This document shows positions 44,876 through 52,942 of a stretch of 64,000 bases of DNA, one piece after another (within the stretch, counting starts at the first letter, position 1; every line of letters starts with the position of its first letter). The translations under genes and the position numbers were made by a program. Source of the stretch: Pseudomonadota bacterium (lineage in GTDB: Bacteria > Myxococcota_A > UBA796 > JAFGLY01); contig JBDRKM010000443.1 in NCBI GenBank assembly GCA_043814015.1, forward strand, positions 8,926 to 72,925. The letters are read 5' to 3'. The notes below the pieces were generated by a model. The model was not told the DNA's origin and ran no database searches. It saw only the letters and a list, made by a program, of their open reading frames with translations.

Positions 44876-46690
44876 CTACCCCGGGTTCTCCGCCACCATC
44901 AGCCGGCCCCGGCCGCCACTCTTGGCGCGGTACAGCGCGCGGTCGGCGCGGCGCACCAGGGCCTCGAGGGCCTCGCCGGGCCAATGCACGGCGATCCCGG
45001 CGCAGAAGCTCAGGGTGCCGGGCGGGGTGGCAGGGCCCAGGGTCAGGCGTGCGATGGCCTCCCGCACGCGGTTGACGTACACCAGGACCTCCTCCAGGCT
45101 CGCCGCGTGCAGGAAGACGAGGAACTCGTCGCCGCCGAAGCGTACCGGCACGTCCGCCGCGCGGGTCTGGGTGCGGATGGTGCGGGCCACCGCCTGGAAG
45201 ACGCGGTCGGCTTCTTCCACGCCCAGCGCGTTGTTGAGCTCGCCGGTGTGATCGAGGTCGAGCAGGACCACGGCGAAGCCCTCGGCGGGTCCCCGCTGGT
45301 TGCGGCGCAACAGCTGGCGGCCGAGCACGTCGAAATAGCGCCGGGTGTAGAGGCTCGTGAGCGGATCGCGCACCACGAGCTGGTAGTAGCGGTCGTCCTG
45401 GCGGCGCAGGGTCTGGTGGATGACCTCGCGCTCGATGCTGGTGGCCAGGGGGCTGGAGAGGCGCGCCAGGAGGGCGTCCAGCTCACGGTTGATGCTCATC
45501 GGCTTGGAGAGCGTGAAGCGCGCCAGGCCGATGAGCGTGGCGTCGGCCGCCGAGAACAGCGGGAGCCAGAGGTAGTGCATCCGCCCAGCACCATCCGAGC
45601 TGGGCCCCGGAGCCCGGCCGGGCAGGGGCTCGGCGTAGTAGCGAATCTGGAAGCTGCGCGGCCCGTGCAGCTCGTGCCAGCGCGCCCGGGTGCCGGCGGC
45701 CAGGAAGCCGGCCTCGGGGGCGACCGGCTCCACGACCTCGGCCACCCAGTTGTTGGCGCCAGCCAACCGCAGGGTCTGGGCCCGGTTGCCCTGGACCAGG
45801 ATCTCCACCTCCTGGGCCGGCAGCAGGGGGGCGAGCTTCTCGAGGAGCAGGCCGAGCTGGCGGCTCAGGTTGGACTCACGCTCGAGCTCATGGACCAGAT
45901 CCCGCAGGAGCCGGTTGACCTGCTGCAGCGCGCCGGTGCTGGCACCATCCCGCAGGGCCAGCCCGCACTCCAGATCCTCCAGGGCCCCGAGCATCGGGCG
46001 CACCAGGTGTTCGGGCACCATGGGGCCGTGGTGTGGCGCGAGGGAGCGCAGGGGCAGCTCGGAGATGCGCTCCAGGCTGGAGCGCAGGGCCTCACGGGAG
46101 GGCAGGTGCCGCTCGTGGAACAGGAACAGCCCGTCGAGCCTGGAGATGTCGTTGGCGATCAGGCCGATGCCGCCCTCGGCCACGCCGAACAGGCCCGAAG
46201 AGAACAAGGTCCCGGTGGCGGCGTCGAAGGTACAGAACGTACCCGGCCCGGGGGCGAAGGGGGTGGGCACGAAGCGCAGCGCCCGGCCGCCGAGATCCAG
46301 GTTCCACTCGTGCTGGTCCACGAACCAGCGCGGCACGGGCAGGCCGCAGGCGGCCCAGGCCGGCTCGCAAAGGCTGTGGGTCACCAGCGCGGCGTCAGCT
46401 CGGCCGATCCGGCGCTGCAGGGCCAGCAGGGCCGCCACGTCGGCGGGTTCGGGCTCGTGGCAGACCAGCCAGCGCACCTGATCGATGGGCACGATGCGCT
46501 CGATCTGGCGCACCAGCTCCTCTGGATCGAGCCAGTTGCCCGGATCGAACAGGACGGACTGATCCCCGCGCTCCAGCAGGAAGGAGTGGCAGGGCAGGCT
46601 GGAGCCCGCTCCGGGCTTGCCGACCCACCAGATGCCGCCGACCAGCGGCAGGACCTGATCGACGGTCGCTCTGCGGGACGGGCGCGCCAC
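44876..46690 (-). CDS. Metallo-beta-lactamase-fold (diiron/ODP-like) sensor domain fused to a GGDEF diguanylate cyclase
   Basis: 604 aa. N-terminal MBL-like LFDPG...LVCHEPEPAD. C-terminal RFGGDEFLV with RADRALYRAK. Confidence 0.85.
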   Translation of the reverse strand: MARPSRRATVDQVLPLVGGIWWVGKPGAGSSLPCHSFLLERGDQSVLFDPGNWLDPEELVRQIERIVPIDQVRWLVCHEPEPADVAALLALQRRIGRADAALVTHSLCEPAWAACGLPVPRWFVDQHEWNLDLGGRALRFVPTPFAPGPGTFCTFDAATGTLFSSGLFGVAEGGIGLIANDISRLDGLFLFHERHLPSREALRSSLERISELPLRSLAPHHGPMVPEHLVRPMLGALEDLECGLALRDGASTGALQQVNRLLRDLVHELERESNLSRQLGLLLEKLAPLLPAQEVEILVQGNRAQTLRLAGANNWVAEVVEPVAPEAGFLAAGTRARWHELHGPRSFQIRYYAEPLPGRAPGPSSDGAGRMHYLWLPLFSAADATLIGLARFTLSKPMSINRELDALLARLSSPLATSIEREVIHQTLRRQDDRYYQLVVRDPLTSLYTRRYFDVLGRQLLRRNQRGPAEGFAVVLLDLDHTGELNNALGVEEADRVFQAVARTIRTQTRAADVPVRFGGDEFLVFLHAASLEEVLVYVNRVREAIARLTLGPATPPGTLSFCAGIAVHWPGEALEALVRRADRALYRAKSGGRGRLMVAENPG

Positions 46691-46705
46691 GGATCGCGGC
46701 CCCCG

Positions 46706-47206
46706 TCAGCGCTGCCGTCCCTGGACGTCGTAGGGCGCGGAGACGTTGTCGTCCTCGTCCACCACCTGGAAGCGGATGGTGTAGCTGGTGGCGCTGGCGC
46801 AGGAGACGCCGTCGTCGGTCTCCTTGAAGGAGCCCACGCAGGCGCCCTCGTCGGTGCAGACCAGGGCGTAGGTCGCGACCGTGGTGCCACCGTCGTTCAG
46901 CACCGTCACGACGCTGTTGGTGGCGTCGAAGGACTTGATGGTGTCGGACCCCTGGGGATCGTCGGCGGTGCAGTTGACCTCCCAGAGGTAGAACTGATCG
47001 CCCGTCTCGTGCAGGTAGCAGTAGGCGTCGGCCTCCTCGATCCAGGGGGCGTCCGGGTCCGCGTCGCCGTCGCCGTCGGCGTCGGTGTCGGCATCGCCCT
47101 CGGGGTTGGTGTCGTCCGGGTCGGAGGTGTCGTCGTCCTTGCAGGCGATCAGGCCGGCGATCAGGCCGAAGGCGAGCAGGTTGAGCAGGCTGGACTGAGA
47201 GGTCAT
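46706..47206 (-). CDS. Small lipoprotein with acidic linker, unknown function
   Basis: In-frame ATG 47206 with GAGGAA RBS. Lipobox LIAGLIAC. D/T/G-rich linker, then a Cys-containing beta-rich domain. Confidence 0.6.
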   Translation of the reverse strand: MTSQSSLLNLLAFGLIAGLIACKDDDTSDPDDTNPEGDADTDADGDGDADPDAPWIEEADAYCYLHETGDQFYLWEVNCTADDPQGSDTIKSFDATNSVVTVLNDGGTTVATYALVCTDEGACVGSFKETDDGVSCASATSYTIRFQVVDEDDNVSAPYDVQGRQR

Positions 47207-47291
47207 GGCGCGTTCCTCGTGGTGGCGTGGGGGCTGGCAGCCGATGTCAGCATAGTGCGGGTGCGGGGGGTGCACAATGGCGCCCCGCGCG

Positions 47292-47756
47292 TCAGGGACG
47301 GCCAGACGCCTGGCCGGCTCCGGCGGGTGGAAAACGGGCGAGAATCCATGCTGCGTCGAGGGTGGGGAGGGGCTCCCAGCGCTGGCCGGCGCAGGTGAAG
47401 TCGCGCAGGGCGGGATCCATCCCGAGCCCGCGCTCGATGGGGAAGTAGGCGTTGTAGTCGAGGATCTCGCTGTTGATGGCTGAGAGATCCCAGGCCGCGG
47501 CGCGGGCGGCCCAGGCGATGGGCGTGCTGGCCTGCCAGGCCTCGTCGAGGGCCGCCTCCAGCTCAGCGCGATGGCGCTCCAGGCGGCGAGCGCGGCGCAT
47601 CCAGGCGGGGGAGCCGGCCATGGCCCGCACCCGCTCCTCCAGCGTCATGGTGAAGTTGCGCGGGAGGATCTCCACGGGCCCGCGGTGCAGGCCGGGGCAG
47701 TCCAGCGGGTTGGTACCTTCAGAGGGCGGCTTCGGTGATGGGGGCCTGTCGCTCAT
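47292..47756 (-). CDS. Hypothetical protein
   Basis: 154-aa ORF with good GC3, 40 nt downstream of the 403-aa gene. No motif recognised. Confidence 0.5.
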   Translation of the reverse strand: MSDRPPSPKPPSEGTNPLDCPGLHRGPVEILPRNFTMTLEERVRAMAGSPAWMRRARRLERHRAELEAALDEAWQASTPIAWAARAAAWDLSAINSEILDYNAYFPIERGLGMDPALRDFTCAGQRWEPLPTLDAAWILARFPPAGAGQASGRP

Positions 47757-47795
47757 GGCGCCCTTCCTCGCGGCTCGGCGCGAGCCACCTCCAGC

Positions 47796-48881
47796 CTAGC
47801 CCACCAGCGCCCCGATGGCAGGGGCGCGGATGCAGACGAGATCGCCGCCGTGGTGCGGCACGCGGCGGGCGAGGCCCGCCGTGAGCAGGCCCTGATCCAG
47901 CTCGGGCTCTCCCGGGAGCGGCTCGCCAGGCAGCAGCAGGTCGAGGCGGGCCGCCAGGCGGTGGTCCGAGGCGATGATGTCCACCGCGCCACGGATCTCG
48001 TCGCCCAGCTGGCCCACGGAGCCCAGCAGGGACAGCTCGTCGCGGCCCAGGCTGCGGTCGTGGCGCGCGCTGCGGCCCAAAGCTTCCACCAGGGCGGGCA
48101 TCCCCCCGGTGAAGCCCGCGGCCGCCGGCACCTGGCCCGCCAGCCTCGGGCCCACCATCCGGCCGAGCACCTCGGCCGTCTCGACCGGGCCGAAGTCCGC
48201 CAGCTCCACCAGGCGGCCGTCGAACTCCCGCAGCGCGGGGGCGTTCACCGTGCCCCCCAACAGCAGCACGCAGCGGCGGTGGGCGGGGTGGCGCGCGCCG
48301 TAGCCGGCCCAGGCCTCGAGCAGATCCTCGGCCACCTCCACCGGCAGGTGCTCGGCGCCGTGGGCCAGGAGCGCCACGTCGCTGCGGTTGCGCTCCTCGG
48401 CGCGTTCCAGCAGCTCCTCGACCACCAGTCGGAACCCCCGGCGCTCGGCCACCGTGGGCAGGACCAGATCGCGGCCCGGCGTGGCGGAGAGCTGGGCGAG
48501 GACCCGCAGCAGGAACTGCCAGCAAGCTACCGGGTGGCGCCCCTGCAGCGGGCGCAGGTTGACCGTGCGGCAGCCCATCCCGGGCTCGGACACCGCCAGC
48601 TCCAGGGAGACATCCTCGAGGAAGGCCTGGGGGCAGGACCAGCGTGGGGTCACCAGCGCCACGGGTTCCTGGCGTCGCAGGGCCGTGCGTACGGCGCGGG
48701 CCGAACGCTCCCGGTGGGCCTGCTCGGCCAGCTGCTGGGCGGCGCTGTAGTGGGGCGCGTCGGCGCGATGGCCGAGCTGGATGCGACGGGCCAAACGGTT
48801 CATGGCACCCTCGATGGACCCGGCCCGCGCGGAGGCGCACAGGTCGGTCTGGCCACAGGCTAGTCCGTTTACTGTTGCCAT
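47796..48881 (-). CDS. Hypothetical protein (about 361 aa)
   Basis: In-frame ATG 48881 (MATVNGLACGQ) at the edge of an A/T-rich divergent intergenic region. No catalytic motif recognised. Confidence 0.55.
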   Translation of the reverse strand: MATVNGLACGQTDLCASARAGSIEGAMNRLARRIQLGHRADAPHYSAAQQLAEQAHRERSARAVRTALRRQEPVALVTPRWSCPQAFLEDVSLELAVSEPGMGCRTVNLRPLQGRHPVACWQFLLRVLAQLSATPGRDLVLPTVAERRGFRLVVEELLERAEERNRSDVALLAHGAEHLPVEVAEDLLEAWAGYGARHPAHRRCVLLLGGTVNAPALREFDGRLVELADFGPVETAEVLGRMVGPRLAGQVPAAAGFTGGMPALVEALGRSARHDRSLGRDELSLLGSVGQLGDEIRGAVDIIASDHRLAARLDLLLPGEPLPGEPELDQGLLTAGLARRVPHHGGDLVCIRAPAIGALVG

Positions 48882-48902
48882 GTCAAGCGTTCTTTCTAGA
48901 AT
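48875..48902 (+). promoter_or_regulatory. Candidate sigma-70-type promoter TTGCCA-N16-TAGAAT
   Basis: 5/6 matches to both the -35 and -10 consensus with 16-nt spacing, in the only A/T-rich patch of the divergent 48882-48993 region. About 90 nt upstream of ATG 48994. Contains the palindrome TTCTAGAA. Confidence 0.45.
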
Positions 48903-48993
48903 CCGCTCAACAATCGGATCCAATACGGACAGGACTCGTCCGCCTCGCGCGCCAGCGCGTGGCGGCGGGGTGGGGCCGAGATACGAGCCCCCC

Positions 48994-50706
48994 ATGCAGG
49001 AACTCATCGACCTCCCACTGCCTGCACCCCAGAGCTGCTCGCTCCGCGCGCAGGGGCGCCTGCTGCGGCTGGTGGCCCGTGGCTGCCGTGCCCCGGCCGA
49101 GCTGGCTGCCCGGCTGCGCCAGCCCGAGCCCGAGGTCGCGCAGCGCGTCGCCCTGGGCGTCTGGCTGGGCCTGCTGGCGCCGGCTCGCCGTGCCGGGGGT
49201 GATGTGCTGCTCTCCCGCCGGGGGCTCGAGCTGGTCTTCGGTGCCTCGCGGCGGCCCCAGGTTTTCGTTGAGATCCTCTGGGATCACCCCATCCTCGGCC
49301 CGTTGCTGACCGAGCTGGGCCCCACGGGCCCAGAGGTGGAGCCCCTGCGATCGGCGCTCGCGGCCCGCCTGCCCTCCGCCTCGGGGGATCCGTTCGAGCG
49401 CCTGCTGCTGGGGCTGGCCGAGCTGCTCGCCCCGGCGCGCAACCGCCGCCCACGGCGCCGCGAGCGCCGGGGCGCGCAGCAGCTCCGCCTGGGCTTCGCG
49501 CGCCCGCGTCCGCCGGTCACGGGCTATCGCTACCGGGTCCTGGACGTCGATCCCTCGACGGACGAACCCGCCGCCTATCGCGCGGTGCTGCAGGCCCTGA
49601 TCGACGAAGGCGAGCTGGCAGTCACCCGCGTCGGGGAGATCCTGGCGGAGCTCGGCCTCGGCGGCGTGCCCGCCGGCCCCTGCGTCGAGCTGGCCCTGCG
49701 CCGGGGCGACGCCCACCGCGCGGCCGATGGCGGGGTCGAGAACCTCGTGATCACCGGCGCCGCCCTGGAGCGCGCCGACCTCTCGGACACCGTCGCCACC
49801 ATCGCCCTGTCGGATCCGGAGTACCGCGCCTACCTCGAGGTCCTGCAGGCCACCGCGCGCGGCGATGCCGGCGCCGCGGCTCGCTACGGTCGCCTGCGCC
49901 TGCGCTTCGCGGCCTGGGATGCCCGCGTCTTCGGCGAGGGCCTGGCCCCGCGGGCTGTGGCTCAGGCGGCGGATTCCCTCCTGCGCGGCCGCGGGCTGGG
50001 GGCCATCCCCGCCGCCGTGCCCGCCCCGGAGCTGTCGGTCATCTCCCGGCCCGGCTCTTTCCTCGAGCAGATCGAGCACAAGAGCCTGGTGGTGGCCCTG
50101 CCCCCTTCCCTCGAGCTGCTGATAGGCGGCCTGCCGGCGGTGGCCTCCGCCCTGGAGCGGGCCCACGCGGGTGGGGGGGCGCTGGCGTTCCAGCCTCGGC
50201 TGCGGGTCCACGGTGGTCTGCTGTATCCGGGCGAGCCCCTGCCATCCTCGCTCCCCGATCTCGTCAGCCTGCGGCTGCACCTGGTGGAGCGCCAGCCCTG
50301 GGTGGCCCTGCTGGTGGCCATCCTGCTCGAGCAACGCCTCGGCGGTTTCCGGGTGGGCCTGCGGGTACGCGGCGAGCGTCTGCGCGTCACCTGGCGCCGC
50401 CGCGATCTGGGCGATTTCCTCGTCCGGGCCGACGATCTCATGCGCGAGCGCGGCTGGCGGGTCAGCCGGCGTCCCCGCGGGGGCCTGCCAGATGCCACCC
50501 TGGTGGATCTGGTCGAGGCCCTGGGGCTCGCCACCCAGGCCGGCGGGGCGTTGGTGCTGCACGAGCCCTTCTTCGCCCGCCTGCAGCAGCAGCCCGAGGA
50601 TCGCCGCCTCTTCGACCTCCTGCGCCCGTTTGGCGCCTGGGCCGCCGCGCGCCTGGCCGAGTGGGCCGTCGCCGTCGAGCCCGCCCCGCGCGAGCCCTCG
50701 GCGTGA
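48994..50706 (+). CDS. Hypothetical protein (570 aa)
   Basis: In-frame ATG 48994 (MQELIDLPLP). Good GC3 throughout. No recognised motif. Confidence 0.6.
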   Translation: MQELIDLPLPAPQSCSLRAQGRLLRLVARGCRAPAELAARLRQPEPEVAQRVALGVWLGLLAPARRAGGDVLLSRRGLELVFGASRRPQVFVEILWDHPILGPLLTELGPTGPEVEPLRSALAARLPSASGDPFERLLLGLAELLAPARNRRPRRRERRGAQQLRLGFARPRPPVTGYRYRVLDVDPSTDEPAAYRAVLQALIDEGELAVTRVGEILAELGLGGVPAGPCVELALRRGDAHRAADGGVENLVITGAALERADLSDTVATIALSDPEYRAYLEVLQATARGDAGAAARYGRLRLRFAAWDARVFGEGLAPRAVAQAADSLLRGRGLGAIPAAVPAPELSVISRPGSFLEQIEHKSLVVALPPSLELLIGGLPAVASALERAHAGGGALAFQPRLRVHGGLLYPGEPLPSSLPDLVSLRLHLVERQPWVALLVAILLEQRLGGFRVGLRVRGERLRVTWRRRDLGDFLVRADDLMRERGWRVSRRPRGGLPDATLVDLVEALGLATQAGGALVLHEPFFARLQQQPEDRRLFDLLRPFGAWAAARLAEWAVAVEPAPREPSA

Positions 50707-51119
50707 AGCCCCTCTTCGCGGTCCAGGGCACCCGCCCGCTGCTGCCGCTGTTCGTCAGCGGCGAGCTGTTGCAGGGGCGCCCGCTCGGCTGGATCCTCGC
50801 GGGCGGGGTGGTGCGCCCAGCCCAGGTCCGCGCCCGCCTCTGGCGCCTGCCCTCTGGCGCCGTGGTCGTGGAGCCCAGCTCGGAGGCCGGCTGGCTGCTG
50901 GGAGAGCTGCACAGCGGCGTCCGCCCCGAGCAGCTCACCCTGCTGCTGGATCTGGTCTGTGGCGATCCAGATGTGAAGCTGGAGCTCCTGCGCGCCCGGG
51001 CCAGGGTCGAGGCCCGCGCGGTGACGGTGTTGGTCCCGGGGGCGGAGGGCAAGGCGCTCGCCGCCGCCGGGGGGGTCGCGCTGCGCACGGGGGACTGGGG
51101 GCGGGTGGCGCCGGGGTAG
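50703..51119 (+). CDS. Gamma-glutamylcyclotransferase (AIG2/GGACT)-like protein
   Basis: GTG 50703 in a GTGA overlap with the upstream stop. LFVSGELLQG and GWLLGELH resemble the YGTL... and V.GEL blocks of the GGCT fold (weak, from memory). Confidence 0.45.
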   Translation: MKPLFAVQGTRPLLPLFVSGELLQGRPLGWILAGGVVRPAQVRARLWRLPSGAVVVEPSSEAGWLLGELHSGVRPEQLTLLLDLVCGDPDVKLELLRARARVEARAVTVLVPGAEGKALAAAGGVALRTGDWGRVAPG

Positions 51120-51125
51120 GGTCCA

Positions 51126-51512
51126 TCAGGGGCAGCTCCCCACGCCCAGTCCGAGGGGCGTGCGCCAGCAGGCGTGCTCGTAGGCGCAGTCCACCACCTT
51201 CATCCCGGCGTCCGTGTCCTCCAGGTGGTAGACCGCGCGCCACGCGCTCGTGGCGTCGTCCGGGAGCCCCCACTCGGTCACGGTCAAGGTCGCCGAGCCC
51301 GCGTGTCGGACGAACTCGACGTGCTCGTGCTGGGCGAAATCACCGGACCAGGCGTAGTTCACGATGTTCTTGGGGCTGCGCCCCACCTGGCGGCACTTCC
51401 CGTCTGTCGGGAGTAGCTGCCACTCTATGGATCGTGGCACGGGACCGCTCTTCCCGAGCAGCCAACCTGCGCTGAGCAGCACCAGCAGGATCTTGGGGGC
51501 GAGGTGACGCAT
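51126..51512 (-). CDS. Small secreted protein, unknown function
   Basis: In-frame ATG 51512 with GGAGGAG RBS. Signal peptide MRHLAPKILLVLLSAGWLLG. Four Cys. Confidence 0.55.
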   Translation of the reverse strand: MRHLAPKILLVLLSAGWLLGKSGPVPRSIEWQLLPTDGKCRQVGRSPKNIVNYAWSGDFAQHEHVEFVRHAGSATLTVTEWGLPDDATSAWRAVYHLEDTDAGMKVVDCAYEHACWRTPLGLGVGSCP

Positions 51513-51540
51513 CGTCTCCTCCAGATGGGGGAGGAGGGGA

Positions 51541-51557
51541 TTGCAGGAAGCGTGCCC
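51541..51557 (-). promoter_or_regulatory. Candidate sigma-54 promoter GGGCACGCTTCCTGCAA (minus strand)
   Basis: GGCACG-N4-CTGCA with consensus -24/-12 spacing. Lies in the 64-nt gap between the GT2 stop (51577) and ATG 51512. Confidence 0.5.
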
Positions 51558-51576
51558 GCGCCGGGGTGTGCTGCCC

Positions 51577-52299
51577 CTAGAGGCGACGGTGGCGCCAGCG
51601 CACCTTCGCGATGTCCACCAGCATCCGCGCCGGGTCCCTCCACACATTCACGGACGAGCGCTCATCGTTGTGCCAGGTGACGGGCACCTCGGCCACGGGG
51701 TAGCCGAGGGCGTGGGCCAGAAAGAGCACCTCGGCGTCGAAGGCGAAGCCTGCGACGGTGAGGCGGGAGAAGAGGTCCTGCGCGGCGTCGTGGCGGTACA
51801 GCTTGAAGCCGCACTGGGTGTCGGCGTGCCGGCCGGGGGTGACGGCGCGGACCGCCAGGTTGAAGGCCCGGCCCATGGCCACGCGGTGCAGCGGCTGGCG
51901 GCGGGTGATGTTGGCGCCGTCGATGGAGCGGGAGCCGATCACCACGGGGGCGCGCTCGCCCGCGGCCAGCAGGCGGGCCGTCTCCTCGATGGGGGTGGAG
52001 AGGTCGGCGTCGGAGCAGAGGATCCAGGCACCTCGCGCCTCCAGCACGCCGCGACGGGTGGCGGCGCCCTTGCCCTGGTTGCGGCCCAGGCGGATCAGGC
52101 GCAGGGCTGGCCAGCCCTGGGCGAGCCCCTCCACCAGGGCCGCGGTGCCGTCGCGGCTGCCGTCGTCCACCACCAGCACCTCCGCGTGGGGTGAGTGGAC
52201 ATCGAGCCAGGCCCGCGCCTTCGCGAGGCTGTCGCCGATGCGCCGCGCTTCGTCGAAGGCGGGGAACACCAGGGAGAGGGGAGGGCGACCGTCGGGCAT
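51577..52299 (-). CDS. GT2-family polyprenyl-phosphate glycosyltransferase (dolichyl-phosphate beta-glucosyltransferase-like)
   Basis: In-frame ATG 52299 (MPDGRPPLSLVFPAFDE). VVDDGSRDGT and DADLSTP motifs. Confidence 0.85.
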   Translation of the reverse strand: MPDGRPPLSLVFPAFDEARRIGDSLAKARAWLDVHSPHAEVLVVDDGSRDGTAALVEGLAQGWPALRLIRLGRNQGKGAATRRGVLEARGAWILCSDADLSTPIEETARLLAAGERAPVVIGSRSIDGANITRRQPLHRVAMGRAFNLAVRAVTPGRHADTQCGFKLYRHDAAQDLFSRLTVAGFAFDAEVLFLAHALGYPVAEVPVTWHNDERSSVNVWRDPARMLVDIAKVRWRHRRL

Positions 52300-52348
52300 G
52301 GCGGGGTCCGGGGAGGGCGAGCCTATCAAGAAACCGCCGCAGGCTCTC

Positions 52349-52372
52349 GTACCCGTACCCGTACCCGTACCC
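52349..52372. repeat. Hexanucleotide microsatellite (GTACCC)x4
   Basis: Read directly. 50-73 nt upstream of the GT2 start codon, next to the shared 12-mer CTATCAAGAAAC (52323-52334). Confidence 0.9.
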
Positions 52373-52520
52373 GCGTCCGGAATCGGGGCTCGGAGGCGCC
52401 GCGCGCTCGAGACCACGTGCGAGGGCAGCCCCGCCGGTCCGTCCTCCGGTCCGTCCTCGGAGCCACGCCGGTCGCCGGCCCCTGGGTCCGAGATGGCCGC
52501 GCGCAGGGGCTTGGGCACCT

Positions 52521-52690
52521 ATACCCCCCGATCTTGACGCCCCCGCGCATCCATGCCCCCCTTTGGTGACGCCCGAGGGCACCCATGCCCCCCGATCGTG
52601 ACATCCAGGGCGGGCATGCCTCCCGATCGTGACGCTTTGCGTCGATCCTGGGGGGCATGGCTCGTGCGACCCATCAGGATCGGGGGGCAT
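52521..52690. repeat. Array of six copies of an 18-bp motif (consensus ATGCCCCCCGATCGTGAC): four forward, two reverse, 31-32 bp phasing
   Basis: Forward copies start at 52521, 52553, 52585 and 52616. Reverse copies end at 52658 and 52690. The inner pairs are symmetric about ~52637 (GACGCTTTGCGTC palindrome). Spacers between copies are not conserved. Confidence 0.75.
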
Positions 52691-52942
52691 ATGTCCCCTC
52701 GTTTGGCGGGCTCTTCTGAGGCCGTGACCTGCCAGACCGTCTTTCGGCGATGCGCAGCTCGTGGGACCTGCGCCGGGGGGCGGCACCGCCTGGGCGCGAT
52801 GGGCTGCTGCTCCGGCTGACGCCCATGGAGGGGTGCGCCGGCGCGGCTGCTGCTGGCTGACGATGGCTCCCGGCCGGCGGCGGGGCTACCTTCTCATCCC
52901 TCGCGGGCAGTGATCGACGCGTGCCCCACGCGCTGCATCCGT

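Noticed and set aside
52521-52690. Possible CRISPR array
   Set aside because: The units are only ~18 bp with 13-14 bp linkers. Copies are imperfect and two are inverted. There are no cas genes, so this is not CRISPR architecture.
52802-52862. Direct repeat GGCTGCTGCT(CC)GGCTGACG (52802 and 52845)
   Set aside because: It is a GC-rich, low-complexity GCTGCTG string that could easily arise by chance in this composition, and there is no second locus to support it.
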